DNA from: Octopus bimaculoides
Taxonomy: Eukaryota
Direction of reading: 5' to 3'
Assembly (NCBI RefSeq): GCF_001194135.2
Contig: NC_068986.1
Coordinates: 81,052,450-81,114,786 of the forward strand
Length of the DNA: 62,337 bases
Positions 1-13,209 of this stretch are shown in pieces; within the stretch, counting starts at the first letter, position 1, and the number at the start of each line of letters is the position of its first letter. Both the position numbers and the translations under genes were made by a program. The notes beneath the pieces were generated by a model. It did no database searches. It saw only the letters and a list, made by a program, of their open reading frames with translations, and was not told the origin of the DNA.

Positions 1-164
1 GTGTAAAATACTCCCCTTTTTAATGGCTAATAACTTTTTAATTATGGATTTATAAGAAAAATGAATTTCATTTTCATAATTAGTATACACAATTTAATCC
101 ATAAACCAAATTTGAAAACAATTGGAATAAAATTGTAAACAGTGAAGAAAACCACAAAGATCCA
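1..164. mobile_element. End of a MITE-like DNA element of the same family as 16993-17584 (cut by the window edge)
   Basis: Reverse complement (gatctttgtggttttcttcactg...ttttcaaatttggtttatggattaa) aligns with 16995-17070. Confidence 0.65.
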
Positions 165-1002
165 CCACCATTATCATCATCACCATTACAATCACCACCA
201 CTACGACCATCACCACTACGACCATCACCACTACGACCATCACCACTACGACCATCACCACTACCACTTCTATAATGAACGTTAATCCATCTGCCAAAAC
301 AATAGTCAAAACTCCTTCAAATCACACGCTAATGTCTTACTAAAGAAAAGTTGCATTCGAAAATGTAGTGCCAAGTATTATCTGGAATATAATATGGGAG
401 TCATGGCTGGAATCCCTACGGTTATAGGTCTTTCTCTTCGAAGCTGATTTATATTATTTATTCTATTAGAAATAGCACTTTAAATCTCATCCTAACGGTC
501 TTTAAAATACATAAGAAACATTGGATAATGCACTTCTATGTAAATTATGTGGTTAATAAGACGGGATGGTCACAGCTTGAATACATTTAATTATAGGTTT
601 GCTGACTTGATCCAGAACTAAACAAGGTCTGCAACACAGTTAGGGATCATTTTTATTGCCACTTCCAAAGCCTCTATTACTTGTAGAAGTACGAGAGAAA
701 TTATCCTATACAAGTACTTGCAACGAGATGACCCCGACGAAAGGTAATAAGGAACAAGTTGTAGTGTTAAATAGGGCGGCAGGCTAAGTGTACCATCCGA
801 TAACACGTAACAAGACCTTTCGACAGATTTTCGCACATTATGTAAGACATTTGAGGCAGTAAATTCTCAGCAGTTAGTGCCAAACTCAATTAACTCTATG
901 ATTCTTGGTATATTGTCTAAAGACAATTGGAAACTTTTACGACGTGGTAACCGTTAATCGTTATATAACTGCAGGTTATATGTGTGAGTTTTGGTTGTAT
1001 AG

Positions 1003-1225
1003 GAGGTAAAAATAGCTCAGAAGCAAGTCTAAGACATTTCAATTTTAGAGGGAATTTAATAAAAGATTATATAAATAAAAATATTACCGGTTTCGATGTA
1101 TATATATATATGAGGTAGAAATAGCTCAGAAACAAGTCTAAGACGTTAAGACGTTTCAATTTAAGAAGGAATTTAATAAAAGATTATATTTAAAAAAATA
1201 TTACCGGTTTCGATGTATATATATA
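1003..1225. repeat. Diverged tandem duplication of a ~110 bp unit
   Basis: gaggtaaaaatagctcagaa...ttaccggtttcgatgtatatatat occurs at ~1003-1110 and ~1112-1225 with scattered differences. Confidence 0.85.
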
Positions 1226-4200
1226 TTTCGTCGTTACAGTTCGTGCTTCACAGCGTTCAATATACACATACTTTTTCACGTCTGNNNNNNNNNNNNNNNN
1301 NNNNNNNNNNNNNNNNNNNNNNNNNNNNNNNNNNNNNNNNNNNNNNNNNNNNNNNNNNNNNNNNNNNNNNNNNNNNNNNNNNNNNNNNNNNNNNNNNNNN
1401 NNNNNNNNNNNNNNNNNNNNNNNNNNNNNNNNNNNNNNNNNNNNNNNNNNNNNNNNNNNNNNNNNNNNNNNNNNNNNNNNNNNNNNNNNNNNNNNNNNNN
1501 NNNNNNNNNNNNNNNNNNNNNNNNNNNNNNNNNNNNNNNNNNNNNNNNNNNNNNNNNNNNCAAAGTCATGTACCCAGATATGCATCTATATATACATGTA
1601 GATGAAGGTATGTACATACATGTACATATATATGCATATACTCATATATTATTTGTATTACACGATCGAACGCACGCGTTATCCTTGCAAGTAAGTTTTG
1701 GACTTTATTTTTCTGACGCGACTCTTTCTATCTTTGTATCTATCTCCCCCTCTCATTCTTCCTTCTACCGTTCTTCGCCTCTCCCATTCACTACTATCTC
1801 TCTTTCTCTTTCTGTCTCTCGTTGCTCACTTATATCTACTTCTTCCCCTTTTTCTTCTTCTACCACTCTTTCTCCTTACCCCTCACTGGTCACATGTGTC
1901 CAGTCACTCACTCTTTTCATATCTTGGTCTCCCCAAGCTCGTACGTACATTTTCGTCCTTCCAGTTCGTGAGTGTGTTGAGTGGGGTGGGGTCTGCTGTA
2001 GATGCTGTTGCGTTGTTATCCTGTTGAGGTTCTGAGCGTTCTGTGTAGTTTGGGTGGGTCTCTTCCAAAGGTCATTGTGTTTATGTTGTAGTAATTGGGG
2101 TCCCGGCGGGGGTACTTGTTTTGGTTATAGTCTATTAGGGAGCCTGATGTAGCCCCGAGGGATCCGGGTGTACCTCTTCCAAGTTTGTGTTATAAGGTTG
2201 GTTTATGTTATGTCTGGATTTGGATTTGTGAGAGAAAATTTGGGGAATATTTGTGTTGTGGTTGGGTGTAGTTTTTCTTCGGTTGTAGTTGGGTGTATTT
2301 GGTTCGGGTTGGAGGGGAACTGTGTTTGTGGGTTAGGTGTCTTGTGTTTGATGGTCTGATTGTTTCGATAGGATTTCGTGTTTTGTTCTGTTTTTGATGA
2401 AAGGATTGTCTGTGGTGTGTATTTTTTTAAAAAATTCTTCTTCGTATTTAAGGAATGACATCTCGCATTTTTCCATCGTTGGAAAGATATAAGTTCTGTT
2501 CGTTCATAGTCTTGTTTCCAGAGTTTGAGGTGTTGTAAGTTGGTACCCTCAGAATTTTTTGGACATTCTTCTTCTATTTGTTGATCGATATCTTTGATTT
2601 TTTGTTTATTTCTTGTGGCTCTTAATTTTAAGAGTTCAATTTCCATGTTTATTCTATTGAGGAATATTTGTTCCCGTAGTTTTCTTTGTCATTCTGGCTC
2701 ATCAGTCATGGGTTTTATTTGAAATTTTCGGGGTAAGATTAGTAGGGTGGACTAATCTTAAATAAATGACAAGGGAGAAGGAAATCATGTAATGAACTTC
2801 ATTAGCTAACACCTGTTTCTGCTACAAGAGGCAGTGCACACAGAGCCAAGTGCTTGCGCATCACTTTATAGCTTCTTTCGAACCTTCTAAAACGAAGTGC
2901 AAGTTCATTTGGGAAAAGATTTATATATATATGGGAAAGAGATGTAATGCCCTGGTTCAGGCTTCCCAAAAATGTCTTTTATAGGCGACGGCATTTCAAA
3001 GTTTCATATTAATGATATTGTCATTGTTCAGAACTTCAAGAATCTTTCATCTCTATTAGGCAACATTGGCGTGAAGTTTTGGTCCACGAAGATATTTTTT
3101 CTCGACTATTCCACAAATGACACGTGACATCCATTAATCTACCAGAACCACTCTTTGTTGTATGATTGCGAGTGACCTTAATTCTTTATTAATGTTCTCA
3201 AATCTCTCCTATGCTGTTTCTCAGATGACCTTGTCTTCTTAGAAATATATTCAAACACGCCCGCCTGTTTTCCTATTCATCTTATGTTTTGGAAGTAATA
3301 TTCTTTGTTTTCTGCTGATTGCTGTACTTCTCACACGTTTCGGCCATTTTGTTGAGATAAGAACATAGTGTTTGCAGATAGTATACTTGCTCCTTTTTCT
3401 TCTCTCTCTCTCCCCCCTCACCCCCTCTCTCTCTCCTTCGATGCCATCCTTTTCATAACCGCTGTTGTTGTTGTTGTGGTTATTATTGTTGTTGTTTTGT
3501 TACTAGAATCACCAATGCCACAGCTGTCACTATTATTGTTACAGCTATTATCACAGGTGTCTGCATTATTAGCATCGTTCCTGTTTTCAGCATTCAGATT
3601 GTTGTTCATGATAGTATTGTTGAAGTTGTTGTTAATGTAGGAAACATTGTTATGGGTGCAAATGTTACAATACACAAAAGATTTTCAGAATCAGCTCCCA
3701 TTCTCTCCACCACCGCAGCTTTGATGAAATATCTCTTTGCCATCGATAACAATTAACAATATGTCTTCCCCCAAACTATATATATGTATATAAATTTCTA
3801 ATGTGACATTGCATTTAAGTGGGAGTGATTAATGGATTAATAATTTGTCATTATTAATGGAGGTTCCTGTTGAAATATACTTTCCATTTTGGGAATCAAA
3901 AATATACCCCTCCCACAAAATATAATTTATTTCTTAGAAAATACAAAAGCTGCATGTTTCATAATAAGATGACGGTCGATTTAATCAAGATTAGTGCATG
4001 GTTGTTACCTATTTTATCGACTCCAGAAAAATACCACACACACACACACATATATATATACATCCACCAACAATGTGTGATATGAACTCAAATTATTAAA
4101 GGCCGTAATCAAATACCAGAGGGCATTTTGTCTGTTGACCTACCGATGCTATCAGTCGACCAGCTTCTAACAATTGTCTCTAATTTAGGCGCAAGGCCAC

Positions 4201-5089
4201 CACTTTTGGGAGGCAGTGCTTAGTCAGTTACATCGTCCTCTGAGGGGTGAAAGGCAAAATCGTCCCCTCTGTGATTTGAGATGTGAATCTGAAGGTTCGT
4301 TATTAAGCATCACACAGCAATTTATTCGACACTCGTACGATTCGGCCATCCACTCCTATTAGGAAAATATGTGAAAGGGGTAGCTTTTATTATATCAACC
4401 CAGAAGGATGATAACCAAGTTTGATATTTATAGGATTTGAAGTTACAACGCAGAGAAGCAAAACTAAATGCCAGAAATCATTGGCCGATACTTTGACAAA
4501 TCCACCTTCCGTCACCACCACCACCACCACAAAAACAACAACGAAGTCACAAATACTGCAGCAGGGTATTGCTGATTGAATCGGACCCGCTACTTGACTT
4601 GGTGTTTTATTTCATCGACCTTGGAAGGATAGAAGACAAAGTTGACTTTGACAGGGGTTGAAATCAGAACGGGCTTAGTCAGAGATGAAAGGGCAACACC
4701 ATGATCCTTTTAAGGGCCACTGGGGGCAAGAAGTAAGGAAGTTATCTTCAATATAGAGACCAAGCTTGAATGATTATAATAGAGCGGATTCTTTTAAAAT
4801 CACTTAGGGTCCAAGAATTGGTGTTAAGCAGGGTCACAGATTAAGTCAATCACTCACAAACAGAGCGATCCTATCTTCTTTCACACTTGTGGTTTGGTCA
4901 ATTCAAGGTTACAATGGAAGACGTTTGCCGAAGATGTGCAATGGTTCGTTGCTGCAGCAGTTACTAAATGAATCATTGACCAAACTTACTCGCATTTCTG
5001 TTAAAGACACCAGAAACAATGTTATTTTTACTTCTGGGATGTCAGTGATTTTTTTCCACTATTACCTTTTTGTCCACTTTTTTCTCTCT

Positions 5090-5124
<35 letters not shown>

Positions 5125-5217
5125 TTTTATGTGTATGTAAGGAGAGAACAGCAGGTCTGTATGTGTGTGTGTGTGTAGACAACAACAAAAACAACAACAA
5201 GAACAATACTACTACTG

Positions 5218-5324
<107 letters not shown>

Positions 5325-5382
5325 NNNNNNNNNNTAATAATAATAATAATAACAATAATAATAATAATACTACTACTACTAC

Positions 5383-5439
<57 letters not shown>

Positions 5440-5480
5440 TAATAATAATAATAAAAAAGAGTTAGAACCAGCGGAGAGCT

Positions 5481-5612
5481 AAAAAAGAGTTAGAACCAGC
5501 GGAGAGCTACAAATACCTAGGGGTAATTGAAGGGGACAATATCAAGCACTCAGTGATGAGGGAAAGGATCAGAAGAGAATGTTATCGCAGGGTGAGAGCA
5601 ATACTGAAGACA
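5481..5612 (+). mobile_element. R4/Dong-type non-LTR retrotransposon RT fragment next to (TAA)n
   Basis: Translates KELEPAESYKYLGVIEGDNIKHSVMRERIRRECYRRVRAILKT (YKYLG RT domain 7 region). Starts right after a long TAA tract and runs into a gap. Confidence 0.75.
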
Positions 5613-6612
5613 NNNNNNNNNNGACAATTGAAAAATGATAATGAAAACATGCTCCTCCCTTCTCTGTTTAGTAATTCCATTCTGAATGATATATAATTAA
5701 TAATCTAATATTTGAAAAAAAAAAAATCGACAAAATGTATTGCATAGCAATCAAGTGTAAGAGATAATGTTTCAAATTTTAGTACAAGGCCAGTATTTTC
5801 GTTGGAAGTGGGTAAGTTGATTACATCGACCCAAGTGCTCGACTGGTACGTATTTTATCGACCCAGAAAGGATGAAAGGTAAAGTCAATCTCGGTGGAAT
5901 TTGAACTCAGAAGTAAAGACGGATGAAGCACAAGGCATTTTTTCAGACGCTCTAACGATTTCTGCTAATCCTAAAGTCTAAGGAGAGACAAGGTCAGAAA
6001 TTCGGAGGTGGAGGTTTGTCGACTATATCGACCTCAGTATCTGACTTGCACTTTATTTTATTGACCTTCGGAAGAATGAAATGTAAAGACCGTTCTCAGA
6101 TAGATTTGAACTCAGGACCTAAAGGAACGTAACTATATACGAGAAGATATATTCAGTCCGACAAAGATTATAAAGCCATAAGGACAGTAAGAAAAGAAGA
6201 CATCAGTAAGTATTGTGAAGTTATTAAAGAAAGCTAATCAGTTGGAGAGATGAAGGTGTTACGGCGTTAAACTAGTAATTGTTGGCTATTGATCCAGCTG
6301 TAAATAGCCATCACTTGTATATATGTCATTGTTAAACTCAGTTGCAAATTAGAACGGCTTACTTTAAATAGCTTCCAGTTGAAGTAGCAGTACCACAGGC
6401 GGCAGTAGTCAGCTCGATCACTCCTATTCAGCTATTGTTAAACACCCTCATACCATTGTGGTATCAGTTGTAAAGTAAAGGTCTATAATCTAAATAGCAT
6501 TAGTTCAAGTACAGCGCGCGGCAGTCACTTTCCGACAAACTGATTCATGTTATGTGCTACCTGGGGTGAGTGTATGCCTGTGCCATGTGTGTGAGTGTGT
6601 TTGTGTGCTGTC

Positions 6613-6666
<54 letters not shown>

Positions 6667-6866
6667 AAGTGTCATACGAGTAGTGTATATGAGATAGTTG
6701 CAGGCGTGTATGTGTGTGTGTGTGTGTGTGAATATATGTATATATGTATGCATGTTTGTATGTATGTATGTATGTATATATGTATGTATGTAAGTGTGTG
6801 TGTGTATGTATGTGTGTATGTATGTTTGTATGTACGTATGTATGTGTATGTATATGTATGTGCATG

Positions 6867-6918
<52 letters not shown>

Positions 6919-7829
6919 CAGATAGATTGTTGGATATATTTACACATACACACGCACAATACACATATACGCACACACACATACGCATGCACACACGCAA
7001 ACACCCACACACATACACACATTCTGTTGACACCTTGCGGGTGAAGTAGTGTAGCGTCTGCGTAGCCTAAAGATGTGTGTGTGTGTGTGTGAGTGTACGT
7101 GCAGTGACAGCCGTCCGTAGAGTGGTCAGTCGGCACCTTTGATGTAGGAGAGGACAATCAACGATCTCTCTTACCTTAGAAGTTAATCACCTGTATATCA
7201 CCCAAATCCCCGTCACAACCTCCTCACACACCTTGCTCTCTTCTCTCGCTCTTCTTCACATTCCCATCATCATCATTATCATCATTAACTACGTCGCTCT
7301 CTCTCCTTCTCCCCCCCCCTCTCTCTCTCTCTCCCGGTTAAATACAAGCAGACGGGGTTGGGGGCATATATGGCAGTGTATATATATATCACTTCTCTGA
7401 CCACCTCCATCAACATCGCCACTTGTAAATCGTATTCCCACCTTCCTCCAGCCTGCACCACCCATACACTTCAGTTGGCCGGAATTGTACCACGTCCTCT
7501 TCTCAATAGACAATCAGTGGTCAATCCAGCCAGTCACCTCCACGCCACACATGACCACCAGTTTCTTTTCAAGGGGTTTCGGTTGAGGTAACCGGGCCCT
7601 ATGCAGCGAAATTCGAGGCTTAATTTTTATAAATTAAGGTGGTGGGTTGGTATGAAGGTGGTTCTGGTTGAGATGATGGTGGTGATATCGGTGATGGAAA
7701 TGGTTGATGCGCGCGCGCGCGTGTAGGGAGTTGTGTTTGTATGCTTGTGGGTATGTGTGTGCGTGTGTGTGTGTGTGTGTAAGTGTATGCATATCGATGT
7801 ATACAGAGATGTATAAGTAGCTAAGTAAA

Positions 7830-7830
7830 C

Positions 7831-7886
<56 letters not shown>

Positions 7887-7914
7887 TGAAAGAAGATAGA
7901 TAGANNNNNNNNNN

Positions 7915-7954
<40 letters not shown>

Positions 7955-7987
7955 CAGATAGATAGATAGATAGATAGATAGACAGAC

Positions 7988-8042
<55 letters not shown>

Positions 8043-8045
8043 CAG
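7830..8045. repeat. (GATA)n microsatellite, representative of the window-wide load of (CA)n, (TA)n, (TACA)n, (GATA)n, (GACA)n, (TAA)n, (ATC)n and (CTA)n tracts
   Basis: Directly visible; most N gaps border such tracts. Confidence 0.97.
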
Positions 8046-8397
8046 AAATGCCATTGATGATGATGACGACAGCAACGACGATGATGGGAAGTAGAAGAAT
8101 GAGAAAGAAGGTAAAAGAAAACGTTGCTGAGGTGGAAAATTTGGTCTTATGATGTACATTAATTAATTAATTACACCGGAGAATTATTTCTAATTGATAT
8201 CAACCAGTTTCCCCCGATTACAAATTTTCCCATAATTGTTTCGAGTTAACTTTTAATGATCCTGTCACTTAACTTGTTAACACTCACTTACTTAACTACT
8301 GTTGTTTATGTAGATGGTGTCCCTGAGTAATGTAAACTATTTCTCTCAAGCTAACCAATCCTATCACACATGTAGTCACACGTTCGTGCAGGCACGT

Positions 8398-8484
<87 letters not shown>

Positions 8485-9808
8485 TAATGAATTCCTAAGC
8501 GAATATAAAATTACCCAAATACAACTTTAACACGAAATAACTTCTAAAATACAAAATTTTGTCAAAAACGTTAAGCGTAAACCCTGTTCTATGTGACACG
8601 TTCTACCAGTATCCAAAGTTTCAAAGTGTTTAGTTTTTAAAAAATGAATAAAAAAATCTGGCCATCAAATTGAAAAGATCCGCGTAATGTTCACTATTCA
8701 CTATTAGTAAACGGTTTACTAGTGGCAGAAGAAAAGAGGGAATTTTTCTAATGGTATCTCGAATTTCTATTTGTGCCATATTTGAATTAGGTCATTGACA
8801 ATGAAAGTGAACGTATTAACCAAGATCAAACTCTATATCATCCAAAATGGCAGCTGATTTGATAGTTTGAACTAATAAATTCCAAATTCTGAGAATATGG
8901 GAAACTAAGACGAACACTAAACTTTCACCTCTTGCCAACGAATCTAGTGTGTTATCTTTTACATAGTTGTAATGCCACCATTAAGTGGTTTATCTATATC
9001 GAATGAAACATTGAACACTAATGAGTCGACCCCCAAAACTGTAGTAGGCAGATGAGAGTGCACTTTCGATAATTCATTTGATATTTGATTCTTGGATTTT
9101 ATCTTACTCTGGCTCTCAGACTTCCGGTCTTCTATCCTGTCTGCAATCTCTTTCACCTTGTTAGTTAAAGACATGTCATCTTCCGCCCCTTCGTCGTGCC
9201 ATTACATCAACTTCCCTCTGCAATGACTACCATCCTGCAAATTAGTAATATTTGTAATTTCTACAAATTGAATTGTCATCGCCAACCACCAATCATTTCC
9301 TACCAAACGTCCCATATCTTTCCTCAATTCTTTTTTTTATCGATTTACGTATTTATTTAGCTATTTATTCATATTTCATATAGTTTATTCTGTCCGGTGA
9401 AATCACAAGACGTCAGGGAAATATCGGAATAATAGAAAGCTTAATCAGTTGGAATATACTCTGCAAATGTATCCTAGCACTTTTCCCCCTTTTCGTCAAT
9501 ATCTACGATGTATGTATGTATGTATGTATGTATGTATGTATGTATGTATGTATGTATGTATGTATGCATGCATGTATGTATGTGTGTATGTGTGTATGTA
9601 TGTATGTATGTATGTACATATATATACACACACACATGTAGAGATAGGTAGATAAATATATTAATAGATAGACAGATAGATAGACATACATATATATACA
9701 TATATACACACAACACAAACAGACACAGGCACACACACACATATATACATTAATATATATATACGTATGTATGTATATAATTATATACAGACATACATAC
9801 ACACACAC

Positions 9809-9861
<53 letters not shown>

Positions 9862-10021
9862 CATACATACATACATACATACATACATACATACATACAT
9901 ACATACACACACAGACACATACATACACACACATATGTCGTATTGGTAGTAACGGATTCCGAAATATCTATGTGAATGTATGTGTGGGGGCGAGTGAGAG
10001 AGAGAGAGAGAAAGAGAGAGA

Positions 10022-10092
<71 letters not shown>

Positions 10093-10452
10093 GAGGTGGG
10101 TGCAGAGAGCGGTGGTCAATGAAGGAAGCCTTTGAAAGGGTTTATAAACGGCACATAGCATCACCAACAGCATCTCCATCAGTTCAATAGTAACAAAGAC
10201 AATAACGAATACAACTCTAACAACAACAAAGTGTTTATAGTTCCCTCGTTACCAAAAGACTGTCACATATTTTCAATGATCTCTTAATATCGACCATTAA
10301 GGCACATCAACGTCTCTCTCACAGATACAACAACAACAACGGTAACAACAACACAGTTTAATGACTCCTCCCTACCCTCTGTAACGCACTCATGCTACGA
10401 GACCGTATGTCATTCCATTCACATTATCTATCTATCTATCTATCTATCTATG

Positions 10453-10483
<31 letters not shown>

Positions 10484-11525
10484 TTGTCTGTCTGTCTGTC
10501 CGTCTGTCTNNNNNNNNNNNNNNNNNNNNNNNNNNNNNNNNNNNNNNNNNNNNNNNNNNNNNNNNNNNNNNNNNNNNNNNNNNNNNNNNNNNNNNNNNNN
10601 NNNNNNNNNNNNNNNNNNNNNNNNNNNNNNNNNNNNNNNNNNNNNNNNNNNNNNNNNNNNNNNNNNNNNNNNNNNNNNNNNNNNNNNNNNNNNNNNNNNN
10701 NNNNNNNNNNNNNNNNNNNNNNNNNNNNNNNNNNNNNNNNNNNNNNNNNNNNNNNNNNNNNNNNNNNNNNNNNNNNNNNNNNNNNNNNNNNNNNNNNNNN
10801 NNNNNNNNNNNNNNNNNNNNNNNNNNNNNNNNNNNNNNNNNNNNNNNNNNNNNNNNNNNNNNNNNNNNNNNNNNNNNNNNNNNNNNNNNNNNNNNNNNNN
10901 NNNNNNNNNNNNNNNNNNNNNNNNNNNNNNNNNNNNNNNNNNNNNNNNNNNNNNNNNNNNNNNNNNNNNNNNNNNNNNNNNNNNNNNNNNNNNNNNNNNN
11001 NNNNNNNNNNNNNNNNNNNNNNNNNNNNNNNNNNNNNNNNNNNNNNNNNNNNNNNNNNNNNNNNNNNNNNNNNNNNNNNNNNNNNNNNNNNNNNNNNNNN
11101 NNNNNNNNNNNNNNNNNNNNNNNNNNNNNNNNNNNNNNNNNNNNNNNNNNNNNNNNNNNNNNNNNNNNNNNNNNNNNNNNNNNNNNNNNNNNNNNNNNNN
11201 NNNNNNNNNNNNNNNNNNNNNNNNNNNNNNNNNNNNNNNNNNNNNNNNNNNNNNNNNNNNNNNNNNNNNNNNNNNNNNNNNNNNNNNNNNNNNNNNNNNN
11301 NNNNTATATATATATATAAATATACATACACACATATATGTGTGTACATACATAGATGCATATATAACCTTGCGCTAAGCTCCATAAAATATTTAAAAGA
11401 CATGTTCCAACACCTTACGTGTCGTCTGTGTGTGTGTGTGTGTGTACGTGTGTTTATTTGTACATGCGCATGTACACGTACACACACGCATGCACACATC
11501 TTCATACACACACATATAAGAATAG

Positions 11526-11575
<50 letters not shown>

Positions 11576-11604
11576 GGACAGACGGACAGACAGACGGACG
11601 GACT

Positions 11605-11646
<42 letters not shown>

Positions 11647-11826
11647 TAGATAGATAGATAGATTCACCCTTGCCCAGTCACGACGTTCATGACCATCCAA
11701 GTTAAACTATTATAGTTTGATATAAGTATATTCATTCTACACAACATATTGAGTTCTATCTCAGATAATGTTTTGACTTTATAAAAATAATATTTTTTAT
11801 ACGACATATTTCTATATGATATGTGT

Positions 11827-11874
<48 letters not shown>

Positions 11875-12172
11875 ATGTATGCATGTATCTATGTATGTAT
11901 GTATGTATTTATGTATGCATGTATGTATGTATAGGATATATGTATAGTGTATATCTATGTGTATTATCTGTTTAATTCAGATTTGCATTATGAAACGCTT
12001 CACAAGCACAGGAAACACATCTAACCGTTCGAAAATGCATTGGCTACTAAAGTCATAGTAACCCTAGTGTTTATTTCAGTGTACCAATACATTTTTAGCA
12101 CAGCAGTTCTATATAACATGTTATCTCAGGAGAAATATTGCAGCAACTGGCCTATCGACAATGTTTGTACAG

Positions 12173-12927
12173 CAGTTGTTCTCAACCATTTTTTACTGAT
12201 GGACACCTTTGATTCTTATTTTACTCGAGTGGACCCTCACAGCGATTCAATCTTTAAAAATATCCTATAATATTTTTATAATTAAACATTATTAAGGACT
12301 GTAGGAAAAAATTATGAAAATAGTTTGACAGAAAGATAGAAAGGAGATCATTTGTTTAGCTGGACATATGGAAATTTCAAAGTTTATTAAAAGTTTTTTA
12401 ATTTGGTGTATGAATATAATTTTCCAAGCTGAATCTCAGGAGATATTCTACTTTTCCCAGAAAAATTTTAAAAATTAGTTATAGAGGTTTAAAGTTTGAT
12501 CATTTTTACCTAATCAGAAAACAGGATTTGGAAGCCGTCGTTTTGTGCGTGACAGCACGTGTTGTCAACTGCAAACAAATGAAATATTGGCGGAATTCTG
12601 AACAGGAGGAGACATGTGGGACGGAGAGTCGCTGAAGAGGTCATAGGATACAAAAATAAGAGCAATGATAAAGCTGAAGTGAAGAACGAATATATAGTGC
12701 GTGTATTTATTTGGCAAAAAAAAAAAAAAGAAAATGAAGAAAAAAAAATGACCGTCCCGAAATATAACACACGATTTCACTACAGAAATCTTGCAAAACG
12801 AACACATAAACGTAAAAAAATACTTTGTTTATTGTAGAATTATAACCAATTCATTGCCCATAAATTTTAACAACAAAATCTTATATGAACCCCCAAGAAT
12901 CATAGGGATTCCAGTTGAGAACAGCTG
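12173..12927. mobile_element. Non-autonomous hAT (Charlie-like) element
   Basis: TIRs CAGTTGTTCTCAAC / GTTGAGAACAGCTG (13/14 match); 8-bp TSD ttgtacag / gtgtacag (7/8). Confidence 0.8.
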
Positions 12928-12947
12928 GTGTACAGTGTATATGGTAC

Positions 12948-13114
12948 AGTTATTTTGGAAAGGGAGAGATATAGGAAGTATAAAGGGAAATAAGAGAATA
13001 TAAACAGAAATAAAAATATGCTGGATGTTTGTAACATCCAACATATTTTTATTTCTATTTTTATTCTCTTATTTCCCTTTATATTTGTTATATCTCTCCC
13101 TTTCCAAAATAACT
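12948..13114. repeat. ~82-bp-arm inverted repeat (3-nt loop at 13030-13032), probably the inverted end of a Penelope-like element
   Basis: agttattttggaaagggagagatata...ctggatgtt-tgt-aacatccaac...tatatctctccctttccaaaataact; arms pair with a few internal mismatches. Confidence 0.9.
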
Positions 13115-13161
13115 TCTTATACTGAACCCTACTATTTCCCTCTACTTAACTCTCTCATATT

Positions 13162-13209
13162 GTCTCTGATGAAGGGATATCCCTCGTATCCTTAAAACAG
13201 CTGTAAGAC
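13162..13209 (+). ncRNA. Minimal type I hammerhead ribozyme motif (Penelope-type), G12 replaced by A
   Basis: Stem I gtct/agac; CTGATGA core; stem II agggata/tatcctt; AAAA in place of GAAA; short palindromic stem III AC-agct-GT; cleavage triplet GUA. Confidence 0.7.

Noticed and set aside
2699-2705. CTGATGA on - strand as a hammerhead core (also 19918, 35252, 35281 and ~50787 on +)
   Set aside because: No stem II or stem III pairing; the 19918 hit is inside a coding exon.
5453-5509. ~28-bp tandem duplication at the LINE 5' junction
   Set aside because: Identical copies between two 10-N gaps; likely an assembly artefact.
11673-11687. 15-nt match to the M13/lacZ primer site CCCAGTCACGACGTT
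   Set aside because: No flanking vector sequence; treated as chance.
10392-11700. Long ORFs of 200-400 aa in the track (also at 22.8, 39.5, 41.2, 45.3, 46.8, 58 and 60.9 kb)
   Set aside because: They are N gaps plus microsatellites (VCVC, YIYI, THTH), not proteins.
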